This document shows positions 25,548-33,900 of a DNA stretch of 64,000 bases, one piece after another; position 1 is the stretch's first letter; each line of letters begins with the position of its first letter. Below the pieces are notes generated by a model. That model was not told the origin of the DNA. It searched no databases and worked only from the letters and a program-made list of their open reading frames with translations. Made by a program: the position numbers and the translations under genes. The DNA comes from Candidatus Moraniibacteriota bacterium (GTDB lineage: Bacteria > Patescibacteriota > Minisyncoccia > Moranbacterales > GCA-2747515): positions 262,240 through 326,239 of the forward strand of contig CALNYG010000005.1 of the NCBI GenBank assembly GCA_942490825.1, given 5' to 3'.

Positions 25548-26156
25548 ATGCATAGCACAAAAAAAGCAGTAATTTTCGATTTTGATGGAGTGATTGCGGA
25601 CACCTTTGAATTTCATCGGGAGCATTTTAAGGAATATCTTGATGTTTCGCTATCAAAAAAAGAATATCAAGATTGGCAAAGAGGAAATGTTTATGATGGA
25701 AAAGGAAAAGTCAGTAGCGAGGATTTAATTCGATATTTTAAAATGATTGTGGAAGATCATAAAAATGTTAAAATTTTTCAAGGAATGAGTGAATTAATAA
25801 AAAAGTTGAAGGATGATTATGATCTTTTTATTGTTACTTCTAGTAGTGATATTAATACAATAAACTGGCTAAAAAAAGAAAATATTTTTGACTGTTTTAT
25901 GGAAATTTTAGGTGTTGAGTTTGATAGATCTAAAGTTGTTAAGCTTAATCATATTCTTGAAAAATATGAATTGGAAAAAGATGATGTTTTGTTTGTGACG
26001 GATACTTCAGGGGATGTTTTTGAGGCGAATAAGGTTGGGGTTAAATCGATTGCGGTTACTTGGGGTTTTCATGATCGGGAGATTTTGGCGGAGAGTGAGC
26101 CGTTTGCTTATGTGGATAATGTGGAGGAGCTTGGTCGTAAAGTTGAAAGTTTGTAA
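25548..26156 (+). CDS. HAD-superfamily hydrolase (phosphatase, subfamily IA-like)
   Basis: Motif I FDFDGVIADT, motif II VTSS, motif IV FVTDTSGDV. Confidence 0.85.
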   Translation: MHSTKKAVIFDFDGVIADTFEFHREHFKEYLDVSLSKKEYQDWQRGNVYDGKGKVSSEDLIRYFKMIVEDHKNVKIFQGMSELIKKLKDDYDLFIVTSSSDINTINWLKKENIFDCFMEILGVEFDRSKVVKLNHILEKYELEKDDVLFVTDTSGDVFEANKVGVKSIAVTWGFHDREILAESEPFAYVDNVEELGRKVESL

Positions 26157-26233
26157 AGTTTTAAATTAATTTTTAATCCCCAATGAGGCTCGAGGACATG
26201 TTTACGAATTTTCAATTTTCAAATAGTGCAACC

Positions 26234-26395
26234 TGTCATTCTGAACGAAGTAGAATTTTCGTTAGAAAATTTTACGCAGTGAAGAATCCCAGTAAGTTTT
26301 TTTGATATTTTAATTTTAAAGTTTTGTGACTTTCTGTGGGGGATTCTTCACTTCATAAATTTATCTGCGATAAATTTATTACGTTCAGAATGACA
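26234..26395 (+). repeat. nested-palindrome element (NPE), canonical copy
   Basis: TGTCATTCTGAAC; GTAGAATTTTC-GTTA-GAAAATTTTAC; CAGTGAAGAATCCC; spacer; GGGGGATTCTTCACT; ATAAATTTATC-TGC-GATAAATTTAT; CGTTCAGAATGACA. Preceded by TTTTCAATTTTCAAATAGTGCAAC as in copies 2234 and 18667. Confidence 0.9.
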
Positions 26396-26439
26396 GGTTA
26401 AATAATGGTAAAATTGTAGAGGTTTAAAATTTTAAACCT

Positions 26440-26461
26440 AAAAAGCCCGTGCGGCGAGCAC
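26440..26461 (+). repeat. Box-A repeat, empty form
   Basis: AAAAAGCCCGTGCGGCGAGCAC, preceded by the 20-nt palindrome AGGTTTAAAATTTTAAACCT. About 60 nt upstream of xseA. Confidence 0.9.
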
Positions 26462-26482
26462 TTTTATTTTTTTAAATAATTA

Positions 26483-26506
26483 AACAATGGGTCATGACCT
26501 ATTGTT
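26483..26506. repeat. Pal-E palindrome variant
   Basis: AACAATGGGTCATGACCTATTGTT, 15 nt upstream of the xseA ATG. A symmetric T/A change relative to copy 23452 keeps the pairing. Confidence 0.85.
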
Positions 26507-26521
26507 TAAAGAGAATAAATT

Positions 26522-28138
26522 ATGACAATTTTACAAAAACTAACAGATTGGCAAAAGGAGAAGGCTCGAATCGAAGGGTTGGAGGGTTATATGGTTTTGC
26601 CGTTTAAATCTTTGCAGGAAATTTCTCGAACTTTACCTAAAGATGATGTAGAGCTTTTGGCGGTTAAGGGAGTTGGTCCAGTCAAGGTTCGAAAGTATGG
26701 TCGGGATATTTTGAATATTGTGGCGGGAAAGGACGTTGAGCAAAATAATTTTTCGCAGGGTATTCGGGAGTTGGCGGGAGATTCTTTTGATGATGCGGAT
26801 GTGATTAATAATTTTTTAGGAACTGGTGGAAGTGATGAGATTGAGAATAATTTTTTTTCGGGGAAAATTGATTTGGAAAATGAGTCGGTTTTTAAGGATG
26901 AGAATAATTTTGAAAATGATGTTGATAATTCTAAAAATAAAATTGATCCAGAAACAGGGGAAATTTTAAATTTTGAAAATGATGCACTTTCAGTGAGCGA
27001 GGCTTTGGATGTTTGTAATGCTTCTTTGATTCAGAATAGATTGCGAGTTCAGGGTGAAGTTATGAGAATTGATTCTCGTGAGCGAGTAATTTATTTTACT
27101 TTGAAAGATGATGAGGATGGGAGTGTGGTGAGTTGTTTGATTTTTCGTAATAATTATGAGTTGAGCGGGGTTTCTTTGACAGAAGGGATAGAAGTTATCG
27201 TGGAAGCGACGGCGGAAATTTATAAGCCGACAGGGCGATTGAGTTTAAAAGCGAGCAGTGTTGAGTTGGCAGGAGAAGGTGCTTTGAAAAAAGCTTATGA
27301 AGACTTGAAGAAAAAATTAGATCAGGGGGGTTTATTTTCTTCAGAGCGAAAAAAGGAGATTGAAAAATTGCCCCAGAGAATTGGTTTGATTACTTCTCGG
27401 GATGGGGCGGCGATTGGTGATTTTACGACTAATTTGGGAAGCTATGGTTTTAAGATTGTTTTTTGTCATTCGAGTGTTGAGGGGCAAAAAGCGGTTGCTG
27501 AAATTTTGTCGGCGTTGAAAATTATGAGTGAACGGGATTTAGATTTGTTAGTTATTGTGCGAGGTGGTGGGAGTATGGAGAGTTTGCAGGCTTTTAATAA
27601 TGAGAAAATTGTGAGGGCGGTGGCGGATTTTTCTGTTCCGGTGATTGCGGGAATTGGTCATGAACAGGATGAGACTTTGACGACTTTGGTGGCGGATGTG
27701 GGTGTTTCGACTCCAACGGCTGCGGCACGAATTGTTCGGGAAAGTTGGGATTTAGCGAAAGAAAATATTGGTCAGCAGGAAAATTTTTTGTTGAGTTCTT
27801 TTGAAAATATTTTGCTAGATGTTAAAAATAAATTGAAAGATGGTTCAGAAATTATGACGGGATTTTTTGAACGGGTTAATGATGACTTTGAAAATAAATT
27901 GAGCAGTTTAAAAAATTGTTTTGATAAATTAGGTTTTCAAATTAAGGAAATAAAAAGTGGGGTTAATTTTTCAGAAAAGTTTTTGCAACAAAATAATCCT
28001 GAGAGACAGTTGAAATTGGGTTATTCGATTGCTCGAGATGAAAAAGGGGATATTATTCGAAGTGTCAAGGACGTAAATAAGGACGATAAAATTGATTTGC
28101 AGTTGGGTGATGGAAAAGTGAGCGTAAAGGTTAAATAG
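26522..28138 (+). CDS. xseA: exodeoxyribonuclease VII large subunit with N-terminal HRDC-like domain
   Basis: aa ~155-538: OB fold plus ExoVII_L blocks (RIGLITSRDGAAIGDF, LVIVRGGGS, PVIAGIGHEQDETL). aa 1-70 resemble an HRDC/HhH module (LTDWQKEKARIEGLEGYMVLPFKSLQEISRTLP...LLAVKGVGPVKVRKYG). An acidic linker lies between them. Confidence 0.9.
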   Translation: MTILQKLTDWQKEKARIEGLEGYMVLPFKSLQEISRTLPKDDVELLAVKGVGPVKVRKYGRDILNIVAGKDVEQNNFSQGIRELAGDSFDDADVINNFLGTGGSDEIENNFFSGKIDLENESVFKDENNFENDVDNSKNKIDPETGEILNFENDALSVSEALDVCNASLIQNRLRVQGEVMRIDSRERVIYFTLKDDEDGSVVSCLIFRNNYELSGVSLTEGIEVIVEATAEIYKPTGRLSLKASSVELAGEGALKKAYEDLKKKLDQGGLFSSERKKEIEKLPQRIGLITSRDGAAIGDFTTNLGSYGFKIVFCHSSVEGQKAVAEILSALKIMSERDLDLLVIVRGGGSMESLQAFNNEKIVRAVADFSVPVIAGIGHEQDETLTTLVADVGVSTPTAAARIVRESWDLAKENIGQQENFLLSSFENILLDVKNKLKDGSEIMTGFFERVNDDFENKLSSLKNCFDKLGFQIKEIKSGVNFSEKFLQQNNPERQLKLGYSIARDEKGDIIRSVKDVNKDDKIDLQLGDGKVSVKVK

Positions 28139-28210
28139 ACAGACAATTAGAATTGTAAAATTGTTTATTTTTTGTGTTTCGAAATTTAGGTGGTTTTTAA
28201 AAATTGTTTA

Positions 28211-28256
28211 TTTAGAAACGTTTCGGAATGAGTGGTCTTCGACACACTCATTCCGG
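28211..28256 (+). repeat. Hp-C hairpin module, single copy
   Basis: TTTAGAAACGTTT-CGGAATGAGTG-GTCTTCGACA-CACTCATTCCG. A G/C pair replaces the C.A mismatch of the 15341 copy. Confidence 0.9.
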
Positions 28257-28295
28257 TTAGTTGATAATTATAATTAAAAAGTTAAATTTAAAAAT

Positions 28296-28499
28296 ATGAA
28301 AAAAGATGATAAAAATTTGAGTGAGTCTTTGAAAGAACTTGATGGAATTGTGGATTGGTTTGAGGAGCGAGATGAGGTTGATGTTGAGGGTGGTTTGGAA
28401 AAAGTTAAGGTTGGGGTTAAATTGGTTTCTGAAATTAAAAAACAGTTGAAGGATGTGGAGAATGAGTTTGAGGAGGTGAAGAATGAATTGAAAAATTAG
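28296..28499 (+). CDS. xseB: exodeoxyribonuclease VII small subunit
   Basis: 67-aa acidic helical protein (LEELDGIVDWFE...) immediately downstream of xseA. Confidence 0.8.
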   Translation: MKKDDKNLSESLKELDGIVDWFEERDEVDVEGGLEKVKVGVKLVSEIKKQLKDVENEFEEVKNELKN

Positions 28500-28569
28500 T
28501 GACTTCTAAGGGCTGTTTTTAAATTGGTCGTGTGGTAATTTTTTTGGAATAGTTAAATTGTTTAATTTT

Positions 28570-28627
28570 AGTGTGGATTAAATTAAAAGTTTTGTGTACC
28601 TAGTTTCCCGCCTACGCGGGAATGACA
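28570..28627 (+). repeat. right-half NPE variant (CCCGCCTACGCGGG type)
   Basis: AAAAGTTTTGTGTACCTAGTTTCCCGC-CTAC-GCGGGAATGACAT, matching 215-266 of this window (ATCCCCGC-CTAC-GCGGGGATGACAT) with a compensatory C-G to T-A change in the stem. Confidence 0.75.
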
Positions 28628-28825
28628 TATTTAATTTCTGAGAACTTAATTTTTTAAGGTTTTACATCGAAAGAATATTTAACAACTCTCGATTTGAATA
28701 CCTCGCTTTCGAGCGAAGTAATAAAGTAACAAAATCAGAACTTTGTTTCAAGGATGCTTATTTGATTATAAAAACCATTTCAAAATAACGAGGTGGTTTT
28801 TTATTTTTAAAAAATACTTTCAGTT

Positions 28826-28868
28826 AAAAAGCTCGTGCGGCGAGCCTGCCTGTTCGGCAGACAGGCAC
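28826..28868 (+). repeat. Box-A repeat, filled form
   Basis: AAAAAGCTCGTGCGGCGAGC-CTGCCTGTTCGGCAGACAGGC-AC, 75 nt upstream of the oxidoreductase alpha gene. Confidence 0.9.
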
Positions 28869-28942
28869 TATTATTTTTTTGAAATATGTTATAATAAAAA
28901 TATCAAATAGAAAGAAACAAAACAAAAAACAAATTTAAAAAA

Positions 28943-30646
28943 ATGAATAAAACTTTTAAAAAAGATTTTACTATTGTGGTTGCGGGGCAGGCGGGACAAG
29001 GGATTCAGACGGTGGCTAAAATACTTTCTCATATTTTAAAACTTTCGGGATATCATGTTTTTGTAACACAAGAATACATGTCTCGGGTGCGTGGTGGAAT
29101 AAATTCAACTACCATTCGAGTTTCTGATCAACGACGCAATGCACAAGTTTCTAAAATTGATCTTTTTGTATCTTTAGATTCAACAACTTGTCATCATTGT
29201 TCACGAAGATTTTCTTCAGAGACTTTATTTTTAGGGGAGAAAAATTTAGCTGATAAAAATCAGGGATTTTTAAAAGTGGATTTTTTAGAAATTGCTAATC
29301 GAGTGGGGAATAGAATTTTTGCAAATACGGTGGCAGTCGGGTCTATTTTGGGATTGATGGATGTTAATGAAGATATTGCAAAAAATTATATAGGAGATTT
29401 TTTTTCTAAAAAAGGTGAAGAGATTGTAGAAAATAATTTAGAGGCTTTTCAAATTGGTTATAAAAATGGAAATCACTTGGCTTTTTCGAATGATATTAAT
29501 TTTGATTTCAAGGAAAATCAGGAGATTAAAGATGATGTTTTTCTTTCGGGTGCGGAGATTGTTGGTTTAGGTGCATTGACTGGAGGTTGTAACTTTTGTT
29601 CGTCTTATCCGATGTCACCGTCGACGAATGTTTTAAATTTTTTGGCAAAGCATGGAAAGGAAAATGGTGTGATTGTTGATCAGGCGACTGATGAGATTGA
29701 AGCGGTGAATATGGTTTTGGGGGCTTGGTATGCGGGTGGGCGTGGTTTGGTGAATACGGCTGGTGGTGGATTGGCTTTAATGTGCGAAACTATTTCTTTG
29801 GCGGGGATGACGGAAACGCCTTTGGTTGTTCATGTGGCGGGTCGTCCTGGTCCGGCGACTGGGTTGCCGACTCGGACAGCACAGGAGGATTTGAATTTGG
29901 TTTTGTATGCTGGGCATGGTGAATTTATGCGGGCTATTTTTTCTCCGGGAACGGCGATGCAGGCTTATGAATTAATGGTGAAGGCTTTTGATGTGGCGGA
30001 TAATTTTCAAGTTCCTGTTTTTGTTTTGACGGATCAGCAGTTTATGGATTCTTTATTTTGTATTGAGCGGAATGATTTTGTGGTGCGGTTGAGTGATAAT
30101 AATATTGTGAAAACGGAGGAGAATTATAAGCGTTATGAATTGACTGAGTCGGGAATTAGTAAGCGAGGCGTTCCGGGTTGGGGCGAGGGTTTGGTTTGTG
30201 TTGATGGTGATGAGCATGATGAGGAAGGTCGGATTACTGAGGACATGCAGTTTTTGAGGAAGAAAATGATGGACAAGAGATTTTTTAAACGGAAGGAATT
30301 GCTTGAGGAAGTGGCTTTGATTCCGACGACGGAGAATTTTGAAGAGAGCGAAAAAGTGATTGTTTGTTGGGGTTCTAATTTTAATGTGGTGAAAGAGGCG
30401 ATTGAGAAATCGGGACGGGATGATTTGGGATTTGTGCATTTTTCTCAGCTTTTTCCTTTTCATGAAGAGACGAAAGAGATGTTTTCTGGTGATAGGGAAT
30501 TTATTATGGTGGAGAATAATGCTTCGGGTCAGATGGCGGATTTGATGGAGAGGGAATTGAAAGTTAGGATTGAGAAAAGGATTTTGAAGTTTAATGGGGA
30601 GCCTTTTTGTGTGGAAGAATTGAGGGATAGATTTGTAGATATTTAG
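28943..30646 (+). CDS. korA: 2-oxoacid:ferredoxin oxidoreductase, fused gamma-alpha subunit
   Basis: 567 aa. N-terminal gamma-type domain (IVVAGQAGQGIQT), then the alpha domain (CSSYPMSPST, AGGGLALM, GRPGPATGLPTRTAQ). Confidence 0.9.
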   Translation: MNKTFKKDFTIVVAGQAGQGIQTVAKILSHILKLSGYHVFVTQEYMSRVRGGINSTTIRVSDQRRNAQVSKIDLFVSLDSTTCHHCSRRFSSETLFLGEKNLADKNQGFLKVDFLEIANRVGNRIFANTVAVGSILGLMDVNEDIAKNYIGDFFSKKGEEIVENNLEAFQIGYKNGNHLAFSNDINFDFKENQEIKDDVFLSGAEIVGLGALTGGCNFCSSYPMSPSTNVLNFLAKHGKENGVIVDQATDEIEAVNMVLGAWYAGGRGLVNTAGGGLALMCETISLAGMTETPLVVHVAGRPGPATGLPTRTAQEDLNLVLYAGHGEFMRAIFSPGTAMQAYELMVKAFDVADNFQVPVFVLTDQQFMDSLFCIERNDFVVRLSDNNIVKTEENYKRYELTESGISKRGVPGWGEGLVCVDGDEHDEEGRITEDMQFLRKKMMDKRFFKRKELLEEVALIPTTENFEESEKVIVCWGSNFNVVKEAIEKSGRDDLGFVHFSQLFPFHEETKEMFSGDREFIMVENNASGQMADLMERELKVRIEKRILKFNGEPFCVEELRDRFVDI

Positions 30647-30788
30647 ATAATTGGATTTGTAGAGAAAAGGCAGTGTCTTGTCTTTGGATAGTGTAAGATT
30701 AAATTTTCAATTTACGAATTTTCAATTTTTAAACAATTTTTAATGATTAAATTTTGAAATGTTTTAGTGAAGATATTTTTTTACAAAT

Positions 30789-30827
30789 AAAAAATGACCC
30801 CTTTCGTATTGAAATTAAAAGGGGTCG
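30789..30827 (-). terminator. terminator-like hairpin downstream of the small lipoprotein gene
   Basis: Minus strand reads GACCCCTTTT...AAAGGGGTC followed by ATTTTTT. Confidence 0.55.
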
Positions 30828-30833
30828 TGGGTG

Positions 30834-31049
30834 CTACGGTGCTACGTAGTGGATGCCGTATTGATCGGCTCGAGTTTCAAGTTGACGTCTCTCTCCTCTA
30901 AGTTGACGTCCTCGCTCAAGCTCGTATTGATACTGTGCCTCTATACGAGCAGCTCGTGCATTTTCTCGTTTTAAGGCTTGTTGATAAGCACAGCCAGAGA
31001 TAGAAAAACTAAGAAGAACGAGGAACATGATTAATATTTTTTCCTGCAT
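30834..31049 (-). CDS. small lipoprotein with coiled-coil, compositionally atypical
   Basis: 71 aa. Lipobox ISGC, then an R/E/Q-rich helix. Visibly higher G+C and C-ending codons (TTC CTC GCC TAC ATC CAC) unlike neighbours. Antisense orientation between the alpha and beta oxidoreductase genes. Confidence 0.6.
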   Translation of the reverse strand: MQEKILIMFLVLLSFSISGCAYQQALKRENARAARIEAQYQYELERGRQLRGERRQLETRADQYGIHYVAP

Positions 31050-31152
31050 GAGAATTTCCTTTTTGGAAAAGTTTGAAGAACAATGTTGGAAATTTATTTA
31101 GAGAACATCTCTAAACCAACATCTAAATATATCACACAATAAATAATCTGTC

Positions 31153-31171
31153 AAGCCCGTGCGGCGAGCAC
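31153..31171 (+). repeat. Box-A repeat, empty form
   Basis: CAAGCCCGTGCGGCGAGCAC, 74 nt upstream of the beta-subunit ATG. Confidence 0.9.
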
Positions 31172-31207
31172 TGTATTTCTTTAAAACAAAATAAATAAGT
31201 AAAAATA

Positions 31208-31231
31208 AACAAGGGGTCATGACCACTTGTT
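31208..31231. repeat. Pal-E palindrome variant
   Basis: AACAAGGGGTCATGACCACTTGTT, 14 nt upstream of the ATG at 31245. Confidence 0.85.
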
Positions 31232-31244
31232 CAAAAATAAAAAT

Positions 31245-32114
31245 ATGCAAAACAAAAATAATAAATTCGATGTCAAAGCTAGCGTGGATAATCAATGGTG
31301 TCCAGGTTGCGGAAACTTTCCGATTTTACAAACATTAAAAAAATCTTTGACAGAGATTGATGTGCCTTTAAATAAATTAACTTTAGTTTCAGGTGTGGGA
31401 CAAGCTTCAAAACTTCCGCAGTATTTAAAATGTAATTATTTTAACGGTTTGCACGGGCGATCGTTGCCAGTAGCAACAGGAATTAAAGCGGCTAATCCAG
31501 AATTAACTGTTGTGGTTACGGATGGTGATGGTGGAATTTATGGAGAGGGTGGAAATCATTTGATTCATGCGATTCGGCGAAATCCGAACATTACTCTTTT
31601 TGTGCATAATAATATGACGTACGGTTTGACGAAAGGACAGGCATCGCCAACTTCGCAAAAAGGCTTAGTGACAAAGTTGCAACCAGATGGTGTTTATAAT
31701 GAGCCGATAAATTCTTTGGCGATGGCAATTTCTTTGGGAGCGTCTTTTGTGGCACGGGCGAATGCTGGCGATCCGATTGAGATGCAGAGTATTTTTAAAG
31801 AGGCAATTTTACACAAAGGTTTTTCGATTGTGGATGTTTTGCAACCGTGTGTGGTTTTTAATAAAACGAATACTTACAAATGGTTTAAGGAAAATTCTTT
31901 TTATGTTGAGGATGATTATGAATTGAATGATAAGACAAAAGCTTTCGAAAAAGTTTGTTGTTCAGATAAGTTGGCTTTGGGTGTGGTTTATCGGGATGCG
32001 AAGAAAAAAACTTTTGAGGATTCGATTGGGGTTTACGAACATGATGATCGTCCGTTGCATAAAAGAAGTATTGATTTTTCAGTGGCGAGTAAGGTTTTGG
32101 CGAGTAAAAGGTAG
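31245..32114 (+). CDS. korB: 2-oxoacid:ferredoxin oxidoreductase, beta (TPP-binding) subunit
   Basis: WCPGCGNF, TDGDGGIYGEGGNH, HNNMTYGLTKGQASPT. ATG at 31245 is preferred over the TTG at 31227, which lies inside Pal-E. Confidence 0.9.
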   Translation: MQNKNNKFDVKASVDNQWCPGCGNFPILQTLKKSLTEIDVPLNKLTLVSGVGQASKLPQYLKCNYFNGLHGRSLPVATGIKAANPELTVVVTDGDGGIYGEGGNHLIHAIRRNPNITLFVHNNMTYGLTKGQASPTSQKGLVTKLQPDGVYNEPINSLAMAISLGASFVARANAGDPIEMQSIFKEAILHKGFSIVDVLQPCVVFNKTNTYKWFKENSFYVEDDYELNDKTKAFEKVCCSDKLALGVVYRDAKKKTFEDSIGVYEHDDRPLHKRSIDFSVASKVLASKR

Positions 32115-32166
32115 AATTTATTTAGGCATTATTTAATAAATAATTTAAATTATTAATAAAAAAATT

Positions 32167-32973
32167 ATGAAAAAAATATTTTTTCTTTTGGGAATGTCGG
32201 TTTTTGTTCTTTCTGGTTGTGGAAATAATAATGAAAATCAACAGCAAAAAATCAATGAAGGAAGTAGTGAAAGACAAGCAATGCAAAATAATTCTTCTGA
32301 AGAATATCAAGTTGATTCAAGTGATATGTTAAATTCAGGGAGATTAATTGATAATTTGGCAAAACAGGATTTAAGCGAAATGGAAAAAAACGGTTTAATT
32401 CAAATGCGTGAAGAAGAAAAATTGGCACATGATGTTTATACAAAACTAGGAGAAAAGTGGGGTCAGAAAATTTTTTCAAATATAGCAGATAGTGAACAAA
32501 CTCATACGGAATCAATCAAGGCTTTATTAGATAAATATGAAATTAGTGATCCTGTTAAGAGCGATGAAATAGGTGATTTTACTTCTGTTGAAATGAAAAA
32601 ACTTTATACTGATTTGCTAACTCAAGGTGAAAAATCTTTGGAGGATGCTTTGAAAGTTGGTGCGACAATTGAGGATTTAGATATTAAAGATTTGCAGGAT
32701 TTATTGGAGACAAATGATAATAAAGATATAAAAGTTGTTTATGAAAATTTAATGCGAGGATCTCGAAATCATTTGCGGGCTTATATTCGACAGTTGGAAC
32801 GTAATGGAGCTAACTATTCAGTTCAATATATTTCTCAAGAAGATTATCAAGAAATTATTTCTGGTGAGCAAGAGAAGGGTAGTGTGAATAATAGTGATAG
32901 TCAGAAAAATAAAATTAATGGACAAAGTTCAGGACAGGGTGGAGGTTCTGGTAATAATGGTAAAAATAGATAA
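32167..32973 (+). CDS. ferritin-like DUF2202-type lipoprotein
   Basis: Lipobox LSGC. Two ferritin-like half-sites: MREEEKLAHDVY...ADSEQTHTESI and IEDLDIKDL...RGSRNHLRAY. Confidence 0.75.
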   Translation: MKKIFFLLGMSVFVLSGCGNNNENQQQKINEGSSERQAMQNNSSEEYQVDSSDMLNSGRLIDNLAKQDLSEMEKNGLIQMREEEKLAHDVYTKLGEKWGQKIFSNIADSEQTHTESIKALLDKYEISDPVKSDEIGDFTSVEMKKLYTDLLTQGEKSLEDALKVGATIEDLDIKDLQDLLETNDNKDIKVVYENLMRGSRNHLRAYIRQLERNGANYSVQYISQEDYQEIISGEQEKGSVNNSDSQKNKINGQSSGQGGGSGNNGKNR

Positions 32974-33003
32974 TATTGAAAAATAATATTTCTTAAAAAT
33001 TAA

Positions 33004-33777
33004 ATGATTTTTTTATCGAAAAATAAAATAAACAAAATAATTAACAACAAAATTTTAATTTTGTTGTTAATTTTGTTTATTTTTAAAATAAATTCTGTAA
33101 ATGCTGATTCAGTTGAAGATTCTCAAGCTAAAGTTAGTAAAGAGAGTGTTGTTGCATTAGTTAATTCGGATCGTGCAAAAGAAGGCAAAAAGCAACTTAT
33201 AGAAAATGAAATTTTAGATAGGGTAGCTGAAAGTAAATTGAGTAATATGATCGAAGATGATTATTTTGCTCACACTTCGCCGAAGGGAGTTGATCCGTGG
33301 GAATGGTTTTCTAAAGAGGGTTACAGATTTGAGTATGCGGGGGAGAATTTAGCGATGAATTTTACTAATGCAACAGATCAACATAAGGCTTGGATGGATA
33401 GTTTGGCTCATAGAGAAAATATTTTAAACGAAAATTTTACTGATATTGGTGTGGCGATTCGTGAAAAAACAATTGATGAGAAAATTATTTTAGTTACAGT
33501 TCAAGTTTTTGGAACACCTGAAGAAAAAATATTAAGTTCTCCGAATTTTACGCCACAAACTTTAATGGTTCCTACAGAAATAGTTTATGCTAATTTGGAT
33601 AATGTTGATAATTTAAATTTTAATAAACCAGAAAAAAAACAAATAGTTAAAGGTGAGTTTTCAAAAGCTAATTTTTTAGAGGAAAACCTAATTCAAATTT
33701 CAACTTGGTTTATTTTAATTGCAGTAACAGGATTAATTTTTGGTGTGGAATATAAATTTTTTAAAAAAAATAAGTAG
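33004..33777 (+). CDS. CAP/SCP (YkwD-like) domain protein with C-terminal membrane anchor
   Basis: Signal peptide. CAP motifs FAHTSPKG, YAGENLA, AWMDSLAHRENIL, IGVAI. TM helix near the C-terminus. Confidence 0.8.
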   Translation: MIFLSKNKINKIINNKILILLLILFIFKINSVNADSVEDSQAKVSKESVVALVNSDRAKEGKKQLIENEILDRVAESKLSNMIEDDYFAHTSPKGVDPWEWFSKEGYRFEYAGENLAMNFTNATDQHKAWMDSLAHRENILNENFTDIGVAIREKTIDEKIILVTVQVFGTPEEKILSSPNFTPQTLMVPTEIVYANLDNVDNLNFNKPEKKQIVKGEFSKANFLEENLIQISTWFILIAVTGLIFGVEYKFFKKNK

Positions 33778-33900
33778 TGATTATTATGTTTTTACTATTT
33801 AGTCGTGGTTGAGGGCTTTACATATCTTCATAGCTAATTTATAATAAGGTTTAACTAGCAAATTTTGGATAAGTAGTCATTTAGCAAATAAAAACATAAT

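Noticed and set aside
31227-31244. TTG start for korB given by the ORF track
   Set aside because: The TTG lies inside the Pal-E palindrome. The in-frame ATG at 31245 is 14 nt downstream of the palindrome and is preferred, although neither is experimentally supported.
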